A stretch of DNA of 63,033 nt, the filler included, from Chrysochromulina tobinii (taxonomy: Eukaryota): the NCBI GenBank assembly GCA_001275005.1. It is 12 parts of 12 records of this genome, joined end to end, with 100 filler letters (N's around TTAATTAATTAA, not from the genome) between each part and the next. Parts side by side here need not be neighbours in the genome. Positions count along the whole stretch, not along the records: positions 46,719 to 48,634 come from JWZX01000275.1; positions 48,735 to 51,075 come from JWZX01000276.1; positions 51,176 to 60,528 come from JWZX01000277.1; 9 more parts are not named here. One strand, written 5' to 3'. Under the pieces are notes generated by a model that was given only the letters and a program-made list of their open reading frames with translations, was not told the origin of the DNA and made no database searches. Shown here in pieces: positions 46,719 through 59,285 of this stretch. The translations under genes were made by a program, and so were the position numbers. How positions within the stretch are numbered: position 1 is the stretch's first letter; the number at the start of each line of letters is the position of its first letter.

Positions 46719-48634
46719 CATCTTCATGTTGAGCACCGCCTTCTGCGTCGCGAGTAGACCGTCGACTCCGGTCACGAGGCGCGACGCCCACACGTGAGGA
46801 GGCACGTCGCCTCGCTTCATGGTCGCCTCGAGCTCCTCGGCCTCGGGTACTTGGGCAGCAGGAACACGCACTTGAGCTTGGTGACCGCTGCCGCGCCCGG
46901 CGCCCCCGGGCAGTCGCGCCGCAGGCAGTTGTTGCACGGCCCGCAGGGGCAGTCCTTGGTGCTCTTCTCGGTGTTGCCGCACACGAAGCAGCCCCACGGC
47001 GGCCGCGTGCCTTGCGCGCCCTTGCCGCCCTTGCCGCCTTTGCTGCCTTTGCCGCCTTTGCCGCCCTTGCCGCTGTCCGCGCCCTTGCCTCCCTTGCCGC
47101 CCTTGCCGCCCTTGCCGCCTTTGCCTGTCACGGCGCCGCGGTAGTCGAGCGAGCTGGCCTCGGGGGTGGCGCTCTTCTTGATCTCGCCCGTCGCGTTGCG
47201 CAGCCGCACCGCGATCTTGAGAACGACGTCGTCCCACTCCGGCATCAAGTCCTTGCCGTCGCGCTGGCCCTTCATCTCGAGTGTGAGCAGGTTGTCGAGC
47301 TCGTCGCGCACGAACGGCTCCTTGATGGACGGCGGAAGCTCCTTGAGCATCGCGGCTAGCATCGCGTACTTGCGGTTGTCGAAGAACGGCCGTGCGATGT
47401 AGTCCGCCTTGAAGGCCGCCACTGCGAGCCGAACTTGGTCGTGGGTCATGCCCCCCCTGAAGTAGACCGTCGTCTGGAAGCGCGTCTCCGCGCTCTCCAT
47501 CTTGAGAGAGTCCGTCGACGCGACCTGCTTGAGCAGCTTGGCGATGAGCGAGACGCCCGACTCGATGAGATTGATGTCTGAGCGCACCTCCTTGAGGAAC
47601 ACGCGCGCGGCGTCCGTCTCGGGCTTGATGGACGCGAGTACTTGCCGCGCGAGCCATCTGTTCGCGTCGACGTACTCGTCCGTCGAGTGCGCCTTGGAGA
47701 GGGTGTACGGTTCGGCCCGCAGCGTCATGCCCACGAGCTCGCTGGCCTTGGCGCTGAGGCCCGACGCCGCGCCTGCGAGCGTCGTCGCCCATTCGCGCAT
47801 CTCAGTGGCGTTCTTGTCCATCGGGCAGGGCGGGACGATTCCGTCGCGGATGTCCTTGGGCGTATAGACCTTGGGCTCCCGCGGCTCGGGCTTGAGCTGC
47901 TTCATCGTCTCCATGAGGGCGACGAGTACTGCGTCTCGCGAGGTGGACTCCTTGTGGTGCATGCTCGCCAGAGTGAGCCGCATGCGCTCGAGCTCTTGTG
48001 CCGTGTGCCGCTCTCTGGCCTCTGCCTCGGCCGCCCGCTGCTGCGCGAACGCCTCTCGACGCTCGCCTTCGGCGTGCGTCTCCTCAGTTTGGGCTCGCTC
48101 CGCTGCGAGCCGCTCGCGCGTCTTGCCGCGCTGCATGATCTCCTCGACCGTGGTCTCCGGCTCGTCGTCCGCGATGGCCTCTTCGGTTGGTTGGATCATG
48201 CTCAGGCTTGCACGTAGCGAGCGACGGCGCTCGGCTACTCTTTGCAGCTCAGCTAGCAGCGCACGCTCCGTGCGTTCGATGTCCGCGCTCTCGTCGGCTT
48301 CTGCTGACGCCTCTTCGGGCGTGAGCTTGCGGGACGTGTGTCCTGCAACTTTGGCGTGCTTCGTCGCTGCATCGACCTCCGTTGTTCTCGGAGACATTTG
48401 CATTGATTTTGCCCACAAATTGTCAGCATTTTGACCCGCACCGGGATCCCGAACCTGCGGTTCGCGGCCGAACTCGCTGGGCGAGCTGCGCCATTGGGTG
48501 GACGTCCCGTCCTCCGTGCCCTCCGGTTCGTACGAGTTCTCGTCGTACGGCGGGGCCTCTGGTGGTGCCTTGGTTCCGGCACCTGTTCTGGGGTTCGCCC
48601 AGGGATCGTTGTAGATCGTTGACTTACCACTCGC
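46719..48634 (-). mobile_element. Gag-like ORF of a probable LTR retrotransposon; partial at both ends; frameshift near 46860
   Basis: Frame open from the contig edge; helical core, (GGK)n tract, degenerate knuckle CFVCGNTEKSTKDC, then CxxC motifs; no pol motifs in the contig. Confidence 0.5.
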
Positions 48635-48734
48635 NNNNNNNNNNNNNNNNNNNNNNNNNNNNNNNNNNNNNNNNNNNNTTAATTAATTAANNNNNNNNNN
48701 NNNNNNNNNNNNNNNNNNNNNNNNNNNNNNNNNN

Positions 48735-51075
48735 TGTACGTGGTCGGGCTGAAAAAGGAGTCGCCGTTCGGCACCGGGTCGACGTTCGAGTACGCGGCCG
48801 AGCCGCACGCGGGGCGCGGGTCAATCGGAACCATGCTGGTCTCAGTGAACGTGCCACCCGAGATGAGCGGATTCGCGTTGACAAAGGCCGGCGCCGTGCC
48901 AGTGCATGGCGACACAATGGTGAAGCCGGCGGTGGGGCTCTGGATGATGTTGTTCGACGAGAAGAACAGGTACGTGTCCAGCGACACCGACGACGCCGGC
49001 AACACCGACACAATGGACGGCGCTTCGCCGGCGCCGCTGCTGATACCGACGCCGATGTTGCTGCAGGTGTCGATGCGGATGCCAGGGTGCGTCGCGACGT
49101 TGGCGAGGATCAGGTTGCCAAACTTGCCGCCCGTGCCCTCGCGCAGGCGCATCATCGCGTTGGCCGGGCGCGTCGAGAGGGCGCCCGCGCCCACGAGGGT
49201 CATGCCGTAAAAGGCCGGGTGCGAGCGCGGCGTGCTCCCATACCTCGAGTCCATCTCACAGCCGTGGTTGCCCACAGCGCCGAGCATCGCGAAGAGGAAC
49301 TGGCCCTTGCCCACGTAGCCGTCGTCCGTGTCGAAGGCGTCGTCGCCCGCGAAGAGCACCGACAGGTACTTGACGTTCACCGTGCCGCCGAAGAACTCGA
49401 AGCCGTCGTCGAGGTTGAAGGCCACCTCGCAGTACGCGACCGTCGTGCCGGAGCCGACGCCGCCGAAGGTGATGCCGTTGATCTCGTTGTTTGCGCCCAC
49501 GATCGCGCCGCCGTGCCACACGCGCACGTACTGCAGGGAGCCCGACGACTCGGTCGGGTTGGTGCCGCCGTACGTGTAGCCGGTGATGCCCTCGATCTGC
49601 GTGGTGGTCGGCACGTTGGTCGGCGCGTTGCCGAGCAGGATGAGGCCGCCCCACTTGCCGCGCTCGCCGAGCGTGATGGCGTTCTCATTCGAGTCCGTGG
49701 AGGCGGTGGCCGTGCTCACGAGCGCCGACTCTGCAAGCACGGACGTGAACGTGATCGGCATCGTCGCCGAGCCCGTCGCCACGAGCTTGCCGCCCTTCAC
49801 GACCACGAGCGCCGCAGCGGCGCCGCCGGTGGGCACGGGCAGCGCAAGGATGGTGGTGCCAGCGGGGATCGTGAGGGTCGCCGATACGATGACCTGGGAG
49901 GCGAGAATGTACGAGGTGCTTGCGGCGAGGGCCGTGCTGGAAGCGTACGCGCTCGACAGCAAGGTGACATTTGACTGCAGCGCCGCGAACGGCGAGGCCG
50001 GAATGCCGGTGCACGTGCGGCCGGCCATGTTGCCGCTGCACGCGAGCCACGAGTAGCCGGCGAGCCAGTTGTCCGTCGAGGAGCCGAAGGCGCCCTTGCA
50101 GCTCACCGATGAGAAGAAGGCGTCGCCGTTGGGGGGTGCGTCCTTGGTGCCCGTGCACGCCAAGCCGTCGGCAGTCGGCAGAGGGTTGAAGGTGGCGGAG
50201 CCCTCCGCGAGGTCAGTGGTGGCGACTGCAACGAAGCCGGGGGCGCCAGAAACCGCCGTCCATGTGTTCGCGGGATTGCAGGCGGTGGTGGTGCCGGTGT
50301 GCAGAGCGAACTGCGACGCAGGCTCCGTTGTGTCGATGATGTTGTTGGCCGAGAAGTAAAAGTAGCCGGGGTTCGAAATGCTGACCGAGGCCGCCGGCAG
50401 CGTCTGCGTGTAGCTCAGCGTCGAGCCGCAGTCCTCGAAGAGGAGGCCGTTCAAGTTCGGGTACGCAAGGATGCCGTTGCCGAACTTGCCACCCGTGCCG
50501 TCGTTGACGTGGATCAGCTCGCCCGTGCGCGCGCCAGCGCCGGTGCCTCCGCCGATCAAGGTGAACGAGTAGAAGGCCGGGTGCGAGCGGGGGGTCGCGT
50601 CCTGATTCACGCCGACGCCCGAGTCGATCTCCATCGAGTGGTCGCCACTCAGGCCCTCCATGACGAACAGGAACTGGCCCTTGCCAATGTAGCCCTGGTC
50701 CGTGTCGAAGCCGTCGTCGCCCACGAAGAGCACCGACAGGTACTTGACGTTCACCGTGCCGCCGAAGAACTCGAAGCCGTCGTCGACGTTGAACGCCACC
50801 TCGCAGTGGTCGACGACCGTGCGGTCGCCCACGCCGCCGAAGGTGATGCCGTTGATCTCGTTGTTCGCGCCCACAACCGCGCCGCCGTGCCACACGCGCA
50901 CGTACTGCAAAGAACCCGACGAGTCGGTCGGGTTGCTGCCGCCGTACGTGCGGTTGGTGACGCCCTCGATTTCGGTGGTGGTCGCCACGTTGGTCGGCGC
51001 GCTGCCGAGCAGGATGAGCCCGCCCCACTTGCCGCGCGTCTCGAGCACGGTATCCGCGCTGGTAGAGTCAGTCGA
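48735..51075 (-). CDS. Extracellular protein with tandem ~458-aa bacterial-lipoprotein-like beta-helix domains; partial at both ends
   Basis: Two copies of RGKWGGLILLG.AP...SGSLQYVRVWHGG...EINGITFGGVG...DDGFEFFGGTVN...GDD.FDTD.GY, 1374 nt apart. Confidence 0.85.
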
Positions 51076-51651
51076 NNNNNNNNNNNNNNNNNNNNNNNNN
51101 NNNNNNNNNNNNNNNNNNNTTAATTAATTAANNNNNNNNNNNNNNNNNNNNNNNNNNNNNNNNNNNNNNNNNNNNCGCGCGCCCTTTCACCGGGACGGCG
51201 CTTGACGTAACTCTACGTGCATGCGACCGGAACGTCCCGGACCCGGTTTACCGACTCGCAGTTACGGCGCGCCACCTCCCGATGCACTTTTGGCAGGCGC
51301 GCGCGAGTGACGAATCCCCAATGGCCCAAATTGGCGGAGATTCAGTGTGCGTCTTTGCGGCCTGCCAGAGGCGCCTGCAGCGAGTTCCCCTTGCCTCCCG
51401 CCTGCTCCCGATGCTCTTGCATGCCCTGTGCAGCACTGCTGCATACCCTTTACCTCTATCGCTTCGGTATTGATGAGTATTGGGTCATGCTTGGCACTTT
51501 GCAAGTCAGGCCCAATATCTTGCTGAAGTGCTGAAAATCTTCATTCCGGTGCGTGATCAGCCCCCCGAGAGCGCGCAGTGCACGACACCCATCCCATGCT
51601 TTGCTCTGAACACGCTTTGGGGTTTTGTCTGGCAGGCTCTGTGAGCAAGCA

Positions 51652-53522
51652 GAGCTACCAAGCTCGTCGGCGAACGCGAGGTCGAATGCGAGGAGACCAT
51701 CTCTCGGGCGGTCAAAGCCGAAGCGGCGCAGGCTCGCGCCGAGGCCCTGCTGGCCGGGCTGCAGGAGCAGCTGAGCGGGTTGCAAGAGCAGGCTGAGGCG
51801 GCGCGCGCCAAGGAGCTCGCGTACGCCCAGCGTGCGGCCGCGGTGCGACACGAGGTGGGTGAGGCCGATGTGAAGCAGCGGGTGCTCGAGGAGCAGGCGG
51901 CACTGCTGACCCAAGCCCTCAAGGACGAGGAGACCAAGGTCCTGAACCGTGACGAGATGCTGCGCATGCTGCAGCAAGAGGCGGGGCGGCTGCGCACGCG
52001 CGCGACCGAGCTGGAGCACAAGGCGTCGCTGGCCAAGCTCGCGCAGAGCCGCGCAGACGGATTGCGGCGGGACGTCGAGATCGAGCGAGATGAGCTACGA
52101 GAGAAGCTCAGCCTGGCCATGATGGAGGTGAACGCGCGCGCGGGGCGGCTCGAGCATGCGGGCGCGCAGCTCTCGGCCGCACGCGGCGAGATGCTCGCGC
52201 TCGAGAACCAGCTCGTGATCTCGGCCAACCAGCTCGCGATCACGCAGCAGGAGAACGCGAGCCTGAGCGGCGGCGAGGCGGCAACGAGCACGCAGCTGCG
52301 CGCGCTCAAGCTGCAGCTGCAGGCCTACGAGTCTCGTCTCATCGCCGCCGAGGCCGTCGCCAAGGAGGCGCGCGTGCACGAGGCGAGCCGGCGCGCCGAG
52401 ATGACGAGACTCGCCGAGCGGCTGGGGGTGGTGCAGGAGGAGAAGGGGTTGATCGAGTCGCAGCTCCTCTCGAGCCAGCACAAGGCAGAGCTGCTGCAAG
52501 CCGAGCTCGCGGTGCGCGCGGCGGCCGAGCGCGACGCCAGGGCGGCCGCCAGCAGCGAGCGGCTGCTGCGTACCGTGCACGAGGGACGGCATGCGCCGCT
52601 GCGTGAGGCCCTCAAGCAGCAGCAACTGGAGCTCGAGGAGTTGGCGGAGCGCGAGGCGGGCCGTGTGCTGCTGGCCGAGAAGGTGCAGACCGCCGAGGCG
52701 CAGCGGCTCGTCGCCGTCGAGAGAGCGAGCGTGCTGGAGCGGCAGGCGGCCGCCGCAGAGCTCCGGGCGAAGAATGCCGAGGAGCGTCTCGATCTCGTGC
52801 GCTCCGAGATGGCGCGCCGTGACGGGCGCCTCTCGGCGATGCGCGCGAGCCTCACGGCGGCGGAGGAGGAGCTTGCGCTGCTCAAGGCATCCAAGGAGCT
52901 GCTCGCCGCACGGCACGAGCTCCAGGTCGAGCTCTCGCGCCAGCGCCAGCTCGTGAGTGGCGAGGAGAACGCCGTGCAGCGCGCCGTATTGAGCGTCAAG
53001 TCGAAGCAGCTCGACGCTCGCGACGAGCTCGTGCGCACGACGGCGGCCCATGCGGCGGCGGCGCTCGCGGCCGTGCAGCAGATCAGTCAGGCCGCGGCCG
53101 CGGACGAGCTGTCGTCGTCGGAGCGATGGCACTCTCAGGTGGGCTCTGTCGAGGCGCTCCACGTGCGCAACGAGGCGGCCACCAGCGAGCTCGAGGGGAG
53201 ATTGCACGCGGCGCGCACGGAGCTCGAGAGGTATGAGCAGCGCATCGACCTGCTCCGCCGAGAGCGCAACGAGGCTCACGCGGCGGCGAGCGCCAGGGAG
53301 CGAGAGCAACTCGAGATACGTGAGACGACGTTCCACAACCACTGCCTGCTCGTGAAGCTGCTGCTCAGTACGCGCCAGAGCCCCGAGAACGTGCTCGTGC
53401 AGGCCACCTCTAACGATCTCTACGAAGAGCTCGCGGCCAAGGAGGTGCCCGTGCAAGAGTGGCCCAACTGGCTGATGCACCGCATGAGCAAAGGCGAGCA
53501 CGTCGTCTCGTCATGGCTGTGA
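51652..53522 (+). CDS. Long coiled-coil protein with a small C-terminal globular domain; upstream exons unresolved
   Basis: About 620 open codons rich in E/A/L/R heptads. Confidence 0.75.
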
Positions 53523-53827
53523 CGGCCGTGCGACCGAGGACGGCGCACGACATCACGCGGCGGCATACAGACGCGCGTCCGGTCCGGGGCAACGTTGGCG
53601 ATGGCGTCTACGCGTTTCAGTCCAGCCCACTGTGTTTCGCACCTGCACAGACCGCGCCGTGTCGTGTTCGGTGGTTTCTATTCGGTTCATAAGGTCTGGC
53701 GAAACGAAGTCGTGAGCCGTGCACCCGAAAGTTATATCGCTAGTCACTTACGCTGCGCTGCTGGCTACTCCCGCCCGCAACGGCGGATACAATTATACAC
53801 GTCCGGTCGCGTCGGGTGCCAATCGTT

Positions 53828-55339
53828 TCAGATCTCCGATACACCCTTGCCGAACTTGCCAGCCTTCCGCATCTCCATCTCCATCTGTGCCTGCATCTTC
53901 TTGAGCTTGTACGCCTTGACACCACCGGGCTTCTCGCGCTGAAGGAGCTTGAGCTTCTCCTTCTCAGTCTTCGAGTGGTTGAGGCGGCGCTTCCTGCCAC
54001 CCTTACTGCCCTTGCCGCCCTTGGCTCCCTTGCCTCCCTTCAAGGAGTAGCCCGGGCTCGTCGGCCACTGTAACGAGATGAGCGGCACCGGGTGCCCGTG
54101 TCGCGCGATGGCCAGGTGGTGGCTCAGACGCGAAACTGCCGAGCGGAGGACGAGGACGAGGGCGTCGCAGTCCGCGAGCATGTCGACATCCGCCATCATG
54201 TCGAGTGCGACTGTCGAGCCCGACAGCTCGCCGTCTTGGTGCTGCTTGACGCGCTCCTCGATGAACTTGGCGTCATCAAATTTCTTGCGCTGCATGTTAA
54301 GGGTGCGGCACTCGAAGCCAGGCACACCAGCCGAGCACAACTCCGCTGCCCTTTCGCTATCCGTCGCAAGGACCAGTCGGTGGATGCCGTAGCGCTCGCC
54401 AAGGCGCGACGCCATCCCAAAGAATGAGGCGGTTAGGTTGGTCGGGCAGTACCGGTGCGCATGGCACGCGTCGCCGCCGCGCACGTGCATGCCCACGCAC
54501 TTTGGCTGCCCCGGCACGAGCTCGCGCCGCGGGAAGACGGATGCGCGCCGCTTGTCGATGGCCGCGCGTGTGGCGGGCGTCATGTGAGAGAAGAAGAAGT
54601 GCGCGAGCTGGCCCGAAACCCAATTGGAGCCAAACAGATTGTATTGGGGCAGCCCGATGGAGATTGGGTTGCGCCTCCGATCGATTTCGACGACTTGTCC
54701 GCCCTCGCCCATCGTGAGCGCGCCGCAACAGCTGCTCGTGTTGAAGTAACAATTCAGGCTGCGCTCTTTACCGCAAAACCACTCCGAGGTCCAGGTCATC
54801 GTCGAGCTGTGTCCCAGGACGAGCTGCGAGCGCATGTTCGTGGCGCGTGCGAGGAAGAGGATGCCGTACTCAATGACCGAGCCGAATCCAATGTGCGGCA
54901 CCGTGTTCACGTAGTACATCGGCAACGCCGAGTACGCCTCGGTAACGCCGCAGCCGGAGACCTTGCCACCAAACTGCTGATTCATGATCCGTGCTTGCAG
55001 CTTTGCGGCGTACGGAGCCCACTGGGGATGTGTCGCGCCATAGCGATCGGGAAGGTACTCGAGCGGTGCCTGGGCGCCCGCGGCCATGAGCGCTGGCGTT
55101 GGTGTACTCACGCCCAGGTCTTGGCAGCGCCTGCCCTCGCCAAGCACCATGCCGTCCCTGGTGGTTGGGGAAGGGCAGTCCGAGCCATCGAGTGAATTGC
55201 GCAACTCGGTCCATTCGTAGCTCTTGGGATGAAATCCGGCGTCCTTCTGCTCAAACATGCTGAGCTCCTGTTGCGTGATCGGGATGCGAGGGCAGGCCGA
55301 CTGCACAGCTAGTACGAAAGCCGACTCCATTGCCTGCAC
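53828..55339 (-). CDS. Alpha-1,6-fucosyltransferase-like glycosyltransferase (GT23-like); start uncertain
   Basis: GFGS, VGMHVRGGD, LVLATDS, DVDMLADCDALV...SAVSRL motifs. Confidence 0.75.
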   Translation of the reverse strand: MQAMESAFVLAVQSACPRIPITQQELSMFEQKDAGFHPKSYEWTELRNSLDGSDCPSPTTRDGMVLGEGRRCQDLGVSTPTPALMAAGAQAPLEYLPDRYGATHPQWAPYAAKLQARIMNQQFGGKVSGCGVTEAYSALPMYYVNTVPHIGFGSVIEYGILFLARATNMRSQLVLGHSSTMTWTSEWFCGKERSLNCYFNTSSCCGALTMGEGGQVVEIDRRRNPISIGLPQYNLFGSNWVSGQLAHFFFSHMTPATRAAIDKRRASVFPRRELVPGQPKCVGMHVRGGDACHAHRYCPTNLTASFFGMASRLGERYGIHRLVLATDSERAAELCSAGVPGFECRTLNMQRKKFDDAKFIEERVKQHQDGELSGSTVALDMMADVDMLADCDALVLVLRSAVSRLSHHLAIARHGHPVPLISLQWPTSPGYSLKGGKGAKGGKGSKGGRKRRLNHSKTEKEKLKLLQREKPGGVKAYKLKKMQAQMEMEMRKAGKFGKGVSEI

Positions 55340-55829
55340 GAGACCTGGGTGCAGTCCTTTTTGTCGAACCGCAGGGTCGAGGTACGCAGGAACCCCCCCA
55401 GGAACGTCCAGGAGCTAGACGCCGAGGCGTGTATAGGAGGGGGAGAGGAAAGCTTTCGCGCCTGTCAGTGGAAGCCGGAACTTCCCCGTTACAGGATCGG
55501 AACGAAGTTTTTGCCGCGGGGTATCTCTCATGGCGAGCGCACGCGGTCTCATGGCGAAACGGGCAGCTGCGTGAGTTCGGTTTGAGGGCGGGGCCGCAGG
55601 GCCGGGTCTGGAGGAGACTTGGGAGGAATACAATTACTTTACTTACCCACATGTCCCCTTGCTAATCACTTAGCGACCTCGATACTGTAATTCAAGCGAC
55701 AAAGGTCTCAGAGGTCCCCAAACTTCAGTAACGTTCTCTGGGGGAAAGCGAGCGCCTGAGACGCGATCTTCTGCGTTTGTCCACGATCTTCTACGCGGAC
55801 CGCCGACGCCCAGTCTCAAGCCTCTCTCT

Positions 55830-57044
55830 ATGCTGGCCTTCTCCCTGATTCCGCATGCCCTCGTGCTGCCCAGCGGTGCCGCGCACACGCTCCTGCAGAC
55901 CTCCCGGCTCGCCACCGTCACCATGGCCGAAAGGGTCCAGATGGACCCTGCGGTGCTGAACAATTACATGAGCCTTCCCGTGCAGGGCAAGGTGCAGGCA
56001 GAGTATCTGTGGATTGACGCCATTGGTGAGGTGCGCTCCAAGTGCCGCACCGTTGACGCGAGCAAGGCCACCCTCAAGGATCTGCCCAGCTGGAACTATG
56101 ACGGCTCGTCCACTGGTCAGGCACCGGGAGAGGACTCGGAGGTCGTCATCAAGCCTCGCGCGATCTTCCGCGATCCCTTCCGTCCCGTCGGCGACAACAT
56201 CCTGGTGCTCACCGACACGTACACGCCGGGTGGCACTCCACTGCCAACCAACACGCGCGCTCCCGCAGAGGCCATCTTCAGGGGCAACACGGAGAAACCG
56301 TGGTACGGCCTTGAGCAGGAGTACACGCTCTTCAACCTCGACAAGGTCACGCCCCTCGGCTGGCCCAAGGGCGGCTATCCCGGTCCGCAGGGCCCCTACT
56401 ACTGCGGTGCTGGCGCTGACCGCTCGTATGGCCGCGCCATCAGCGAGGCGCACTACAAGGCCTGCTTGTTCGCGGGCCTCAATATCGGCGGCACGAACGC
56501 GGAGGTGATGCCCGGCCAGTGGGAGTATCAGATCGGTCCGTGCGAGGGCATCGATGCGGCCGACCAGATGATGGTCTCGCGGTACATTCTCAATCGCGTG
56601 TGCGAGGACTTCGGGGTCTATTGCACTCTCGATCCCAAGCCAATCGAGAAAGGCGACTGGAACGGCGCGGGCTGCCACACCAATTTCTCGACCGAGAAGA
56701 TGCGCAAGGAGGGCGGCTTCGCGGTCATCGAGCAGGCCATCAGGCGCCTGGGCGCCAAGCACAAGCAGCACATCGCGGCGTATGGCGAGGGCAACGAGCG
56801 TCGCCTCACTGGCAAGCACGAGACCGCGAGCATCAACACCTTCTCGTACGGTGTAGCCAACCGCGGCTGCTCGATTCGCATCCCACGCTCGACCGAGGCT
56901 GACGGCTACGGCTACTTTGAGGACCGCCGCCCGGCGTCCAACTGCGACCCATACGTGGTCACCTCGATGATCTTCAAGACGTGCATGGACCCCAACGGCG
57001 AGGAGGCCCAGATCACCTCCAAGTCGCGTGAGATCATTGTGTAA
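55830..57044 (+). CDS. GLN: Glutamine synthetase type II with an N-terminal targeting extension (probably plastid)
   Basis: [67 protein letters not shown]. Confidence 0.96.
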   Translation: MLAFSLIPHALVLPSGAAHTLLQTSRLATVTMAERVQMDPAVLNNYMSLPVQGKVQAEYLWIDAIGEVRSKCRTVDASKATLKDLPSWNYDGSSTGQAPGEDSEVVIKPRAIFRDPFRPVGDNILVLTDTYTPGGTPLPTNTRAPAEAIFRGNTEKPWYGLEQEYTLFNLDKVTPLGWPKGGYPGPQGPYYCGAGADRSYGRAISEAHYKACLFAGLNIGGTNAEVMPGQWEYQIGPCEGIDAADQMMVSRYILNRVCEDFGVYCTLDPKPIEKGDWNGAGCHTNFSTEKMRKEGGFAVIEQAIRRLGAKHKQHIAAYGEGNERRLTGKHETASINTFSYGVANRGCSIRIPRSTEADGYGYFEDRRPASNCDPYVVTSMIFKTCMDPNGEEAQITSKSREIIV

Positions 57045-57656
57045 GCGGCTCGGAAAAGCCGAGATACGAGCCGAGATACGAGCCGAGATACGAGCCGAGA
57101 AGAAAAGCCGCTGTCGTCCCCGACTGCGCCACTCCCGTCTCTGGGTTTCTGGAGCGCTAGGGATGCCTCTACTCCGCGAGACGACGCCCGGCCAAGCCGC
57201 GTGCGACGAGACCAAACGTCGTAAACAGACCGAGCGGAGGAAAAATAGGATCGCGGAGAGGGTTACTACTTACGGCAGATACGGCCGGCTTCGTACGGTC
57301 GAGGGGGGCTATTTATCGCGTGTCGATATCACGTAGAAGTAACAAATTTATTTTCGTTTTTATGCGTCAAGACCGTATAACAAAGTGTTTTGACTTCGTT
57401 GTGTGGTTTGAGGAGACAGGACCGGACTCCGGAGGTGCCGGGGGCGTATGAAAATGAATCATCTCTCCAGGGCAACGGGCAGGTCCAACTCTAACGAGGC
57501 GGGTGCCGTACTAACAGCTGCCCCACGCCCCGCGGCCAGACGGGGTCGCGCCCACGTTACCACATTGATACAAAACATGTTCATGCCTAGGCGCTATGAG
57601 AGAGCCAAAATCGCTCTAAACAGAGGGAAGTGAATACACAGTTGAAGGGTGAGAGC

Positions 57657-59060
57657 TCACGAGACCGGCGAGGCGAGCGCGGAGTAGGGTTGCGCCGGAG
57701 CGGCCTCGGCCGCGTTCCTCCTGTGCGTGCGACGCTTGACGGCGAAGACAAGGAGAGCACCGACGGCGGCAGCACCGACCACGCCCATCGAGATGACAGC
57801 GGTGGTGGAGAGGCCGGTGGCGGGCGCGACGGGCCCGGAAGCGGCGCCGATGATCGCCACGAATGAGGCGATCGTTCCGGCCGGCGCGGGTGCCTCCACC
57901 TGCTCGGCCGGGGGCATCGGGCGCGCGTGCGCCTTGCGCTCATTTGTATTCACGTGCCCCACAGCAGCATCGCCCACTCCCGAGCCATACGAATAAAAGT
58001 ACTGGTTGTCGTTGTGTGCCTCCTGCACTTCTGGCGGCGGCTGGCCATCCGTCGACACGAGCGCGTGCTTTACGGCGAGGGTCAGGTTGGCGGCGATGCG
58101 CATCACCATGCTCATCTCCTTGCCCTCGCGAGTGTCGAAGTCGGGATCGTCACCGTAGGCTTCCCAATTCCAGCAGCCTTCGCCACTGCTGCGGCTGCCC
58201 TGGGCCTGCGGGTAGAGCACGATCATGTCGTTCGCCTCCGCGTACTCGTTCAGATCGAGTCCCGTCGCCCACGCGATGCGCTCGTGCCACTCCGGCTTCG
58301 AGCATCCGTGGTAGTTGATGTGCAGCTTGCATTGGCTCGGCGCCGCCTTGCAGCTGTCCGGGACGTATGCCACCAGCCACTCCATCACTGTCGCCGTAAG
58401 CTTGGGCGGCCCCGCGGTCCAGTAGTCCCACTGGTTGATCCAGTAGAGCTTCGGGCTCGCAGTGGCGCGTGGCTTCACGTGCATGCCATACGTGGCGCGC
58501 ATAAACTCACCGCTAAGATCATACTCGCAGTTGTTGGCCTGACAGCACTGGAAATTGCCGAGGCCGCCGTACGGGCACACGCCGCACACGCACGCGCCAT
58601 GGTCGATGCTCCATACGTGCCCCGCTGTCGTATCGAAATTAGTGTGGAGCTTGTCCTCGTCGACGTAGGACTGCAGCTGCTTTTGAACTTCGATCATCAC
58701 CTTCGTGTAGACCATCGAATCGCTACTGCCGCTGAAGAGGATGACAGGCGTCCGCTTGAGATTTTTGGGGTCGTCAATCTTGCCTTCGGCGGCGCGCTGC
58801 TCGAGATACTGATTGGCATTCCGAATCGACATGCCGGTGCCGTACATGCACGTGTAGTCTGGCCGGGCAAGCGATCCACAGCCATAGGGGGAACCAGCCG
58901 CGACCGCAGCGCCGTCCACGAGCGAGGAGAAGGCCACGAGATGCTGGACTGCTGCGCTGCCACCTGCTGATTGCCCCGATACGCTGTGGCGCGGATACGA
59001 TTTTACACCCCCGTTCGCCGACGCCGCGGCGGGGAGGTAAAGGAAGAGCAACGATGCCAT
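57657..59060 (-). CDS. Poly(3-hydroxybutyrate) depolymerase-like esterase with a signal peptide and C-terminal TM anchor
   Basis: SVSGQSAGG lipase box near the N-terminus, AGSPYGC, SDSMV, GH, LHINYHGC, NEYAEANDMIVLYPQ, GCWNW. Confidence 0.85.
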   Translation of the reverse strand: MASLLFLYLPAAASANGGVKSYPRHSVSGQSAGGSAAVQHLVAFSSLVDGAAVAAGSPYGCGSLARPDYTCMYGTGMSIRNANQYLEQRAAEGKIDDPKNLKRTPVILFSGSSDSMVYTKVMIEVQKQLQSYVDEDKLHTNFDTTAGHVWSIDHGACVCGVCPYGGLGNFQCCQANNCEYDLSGEFMRATYGMHVKPRATASPKLYWINQWDYWTAGPPKLTATVMEWLVAYVPDSCKAAPSQCKLHINYHGCSKPEWHERIAWATGLDLNEYAEANDMIVLYPQAQGSRSSGEGCWNWEAYGDDPDFDTREGKEMSMVMRIAANLTLAVKHALVSTDGQPPPEVQEAHNDNQYFYSYGSGVGDAAVGHVNTNERKAHARPMPPAEQVEAPAPAGTIASFVAIIGAASGPVAPATGLSTTAVISMGVVGAAAVGALLVFAVKRRTHRRNAAEAAPAQPYSALASPVS

Positions 59061-59285
59061 GGATGCCCCTCGCCTGGCGTCCCTTTCGGAGATCCCGTAC
59101 AGTACGTATTCATAGTTCGCCAATGGAGAGTCCTCGCCACAACGAACAGAGCATGGAGGAGGGATGCGTGGAGGTTTGTCTTGTGTTGGCTCGAGACGCA
59201 TCGACTTGTGTTGGCTTGACGCGCTTGACTTGCGCGATCGCGCAACGCACATGAAGGGCGTCTCTTTTCCCGAAATCGCCGCGAC

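Noticed and set aside
52095..53501. Long antisense ORFs here and opposite GS-II, CIR1 and others
   Set aside because: Shadow ORFs caused by high third-position GC on the coding strand
57057..57100. (GAGCCGAGATAC)3 after the GS-II stop
   Set aside because: Simple 3' UTR minisatellite with no flanking duplication
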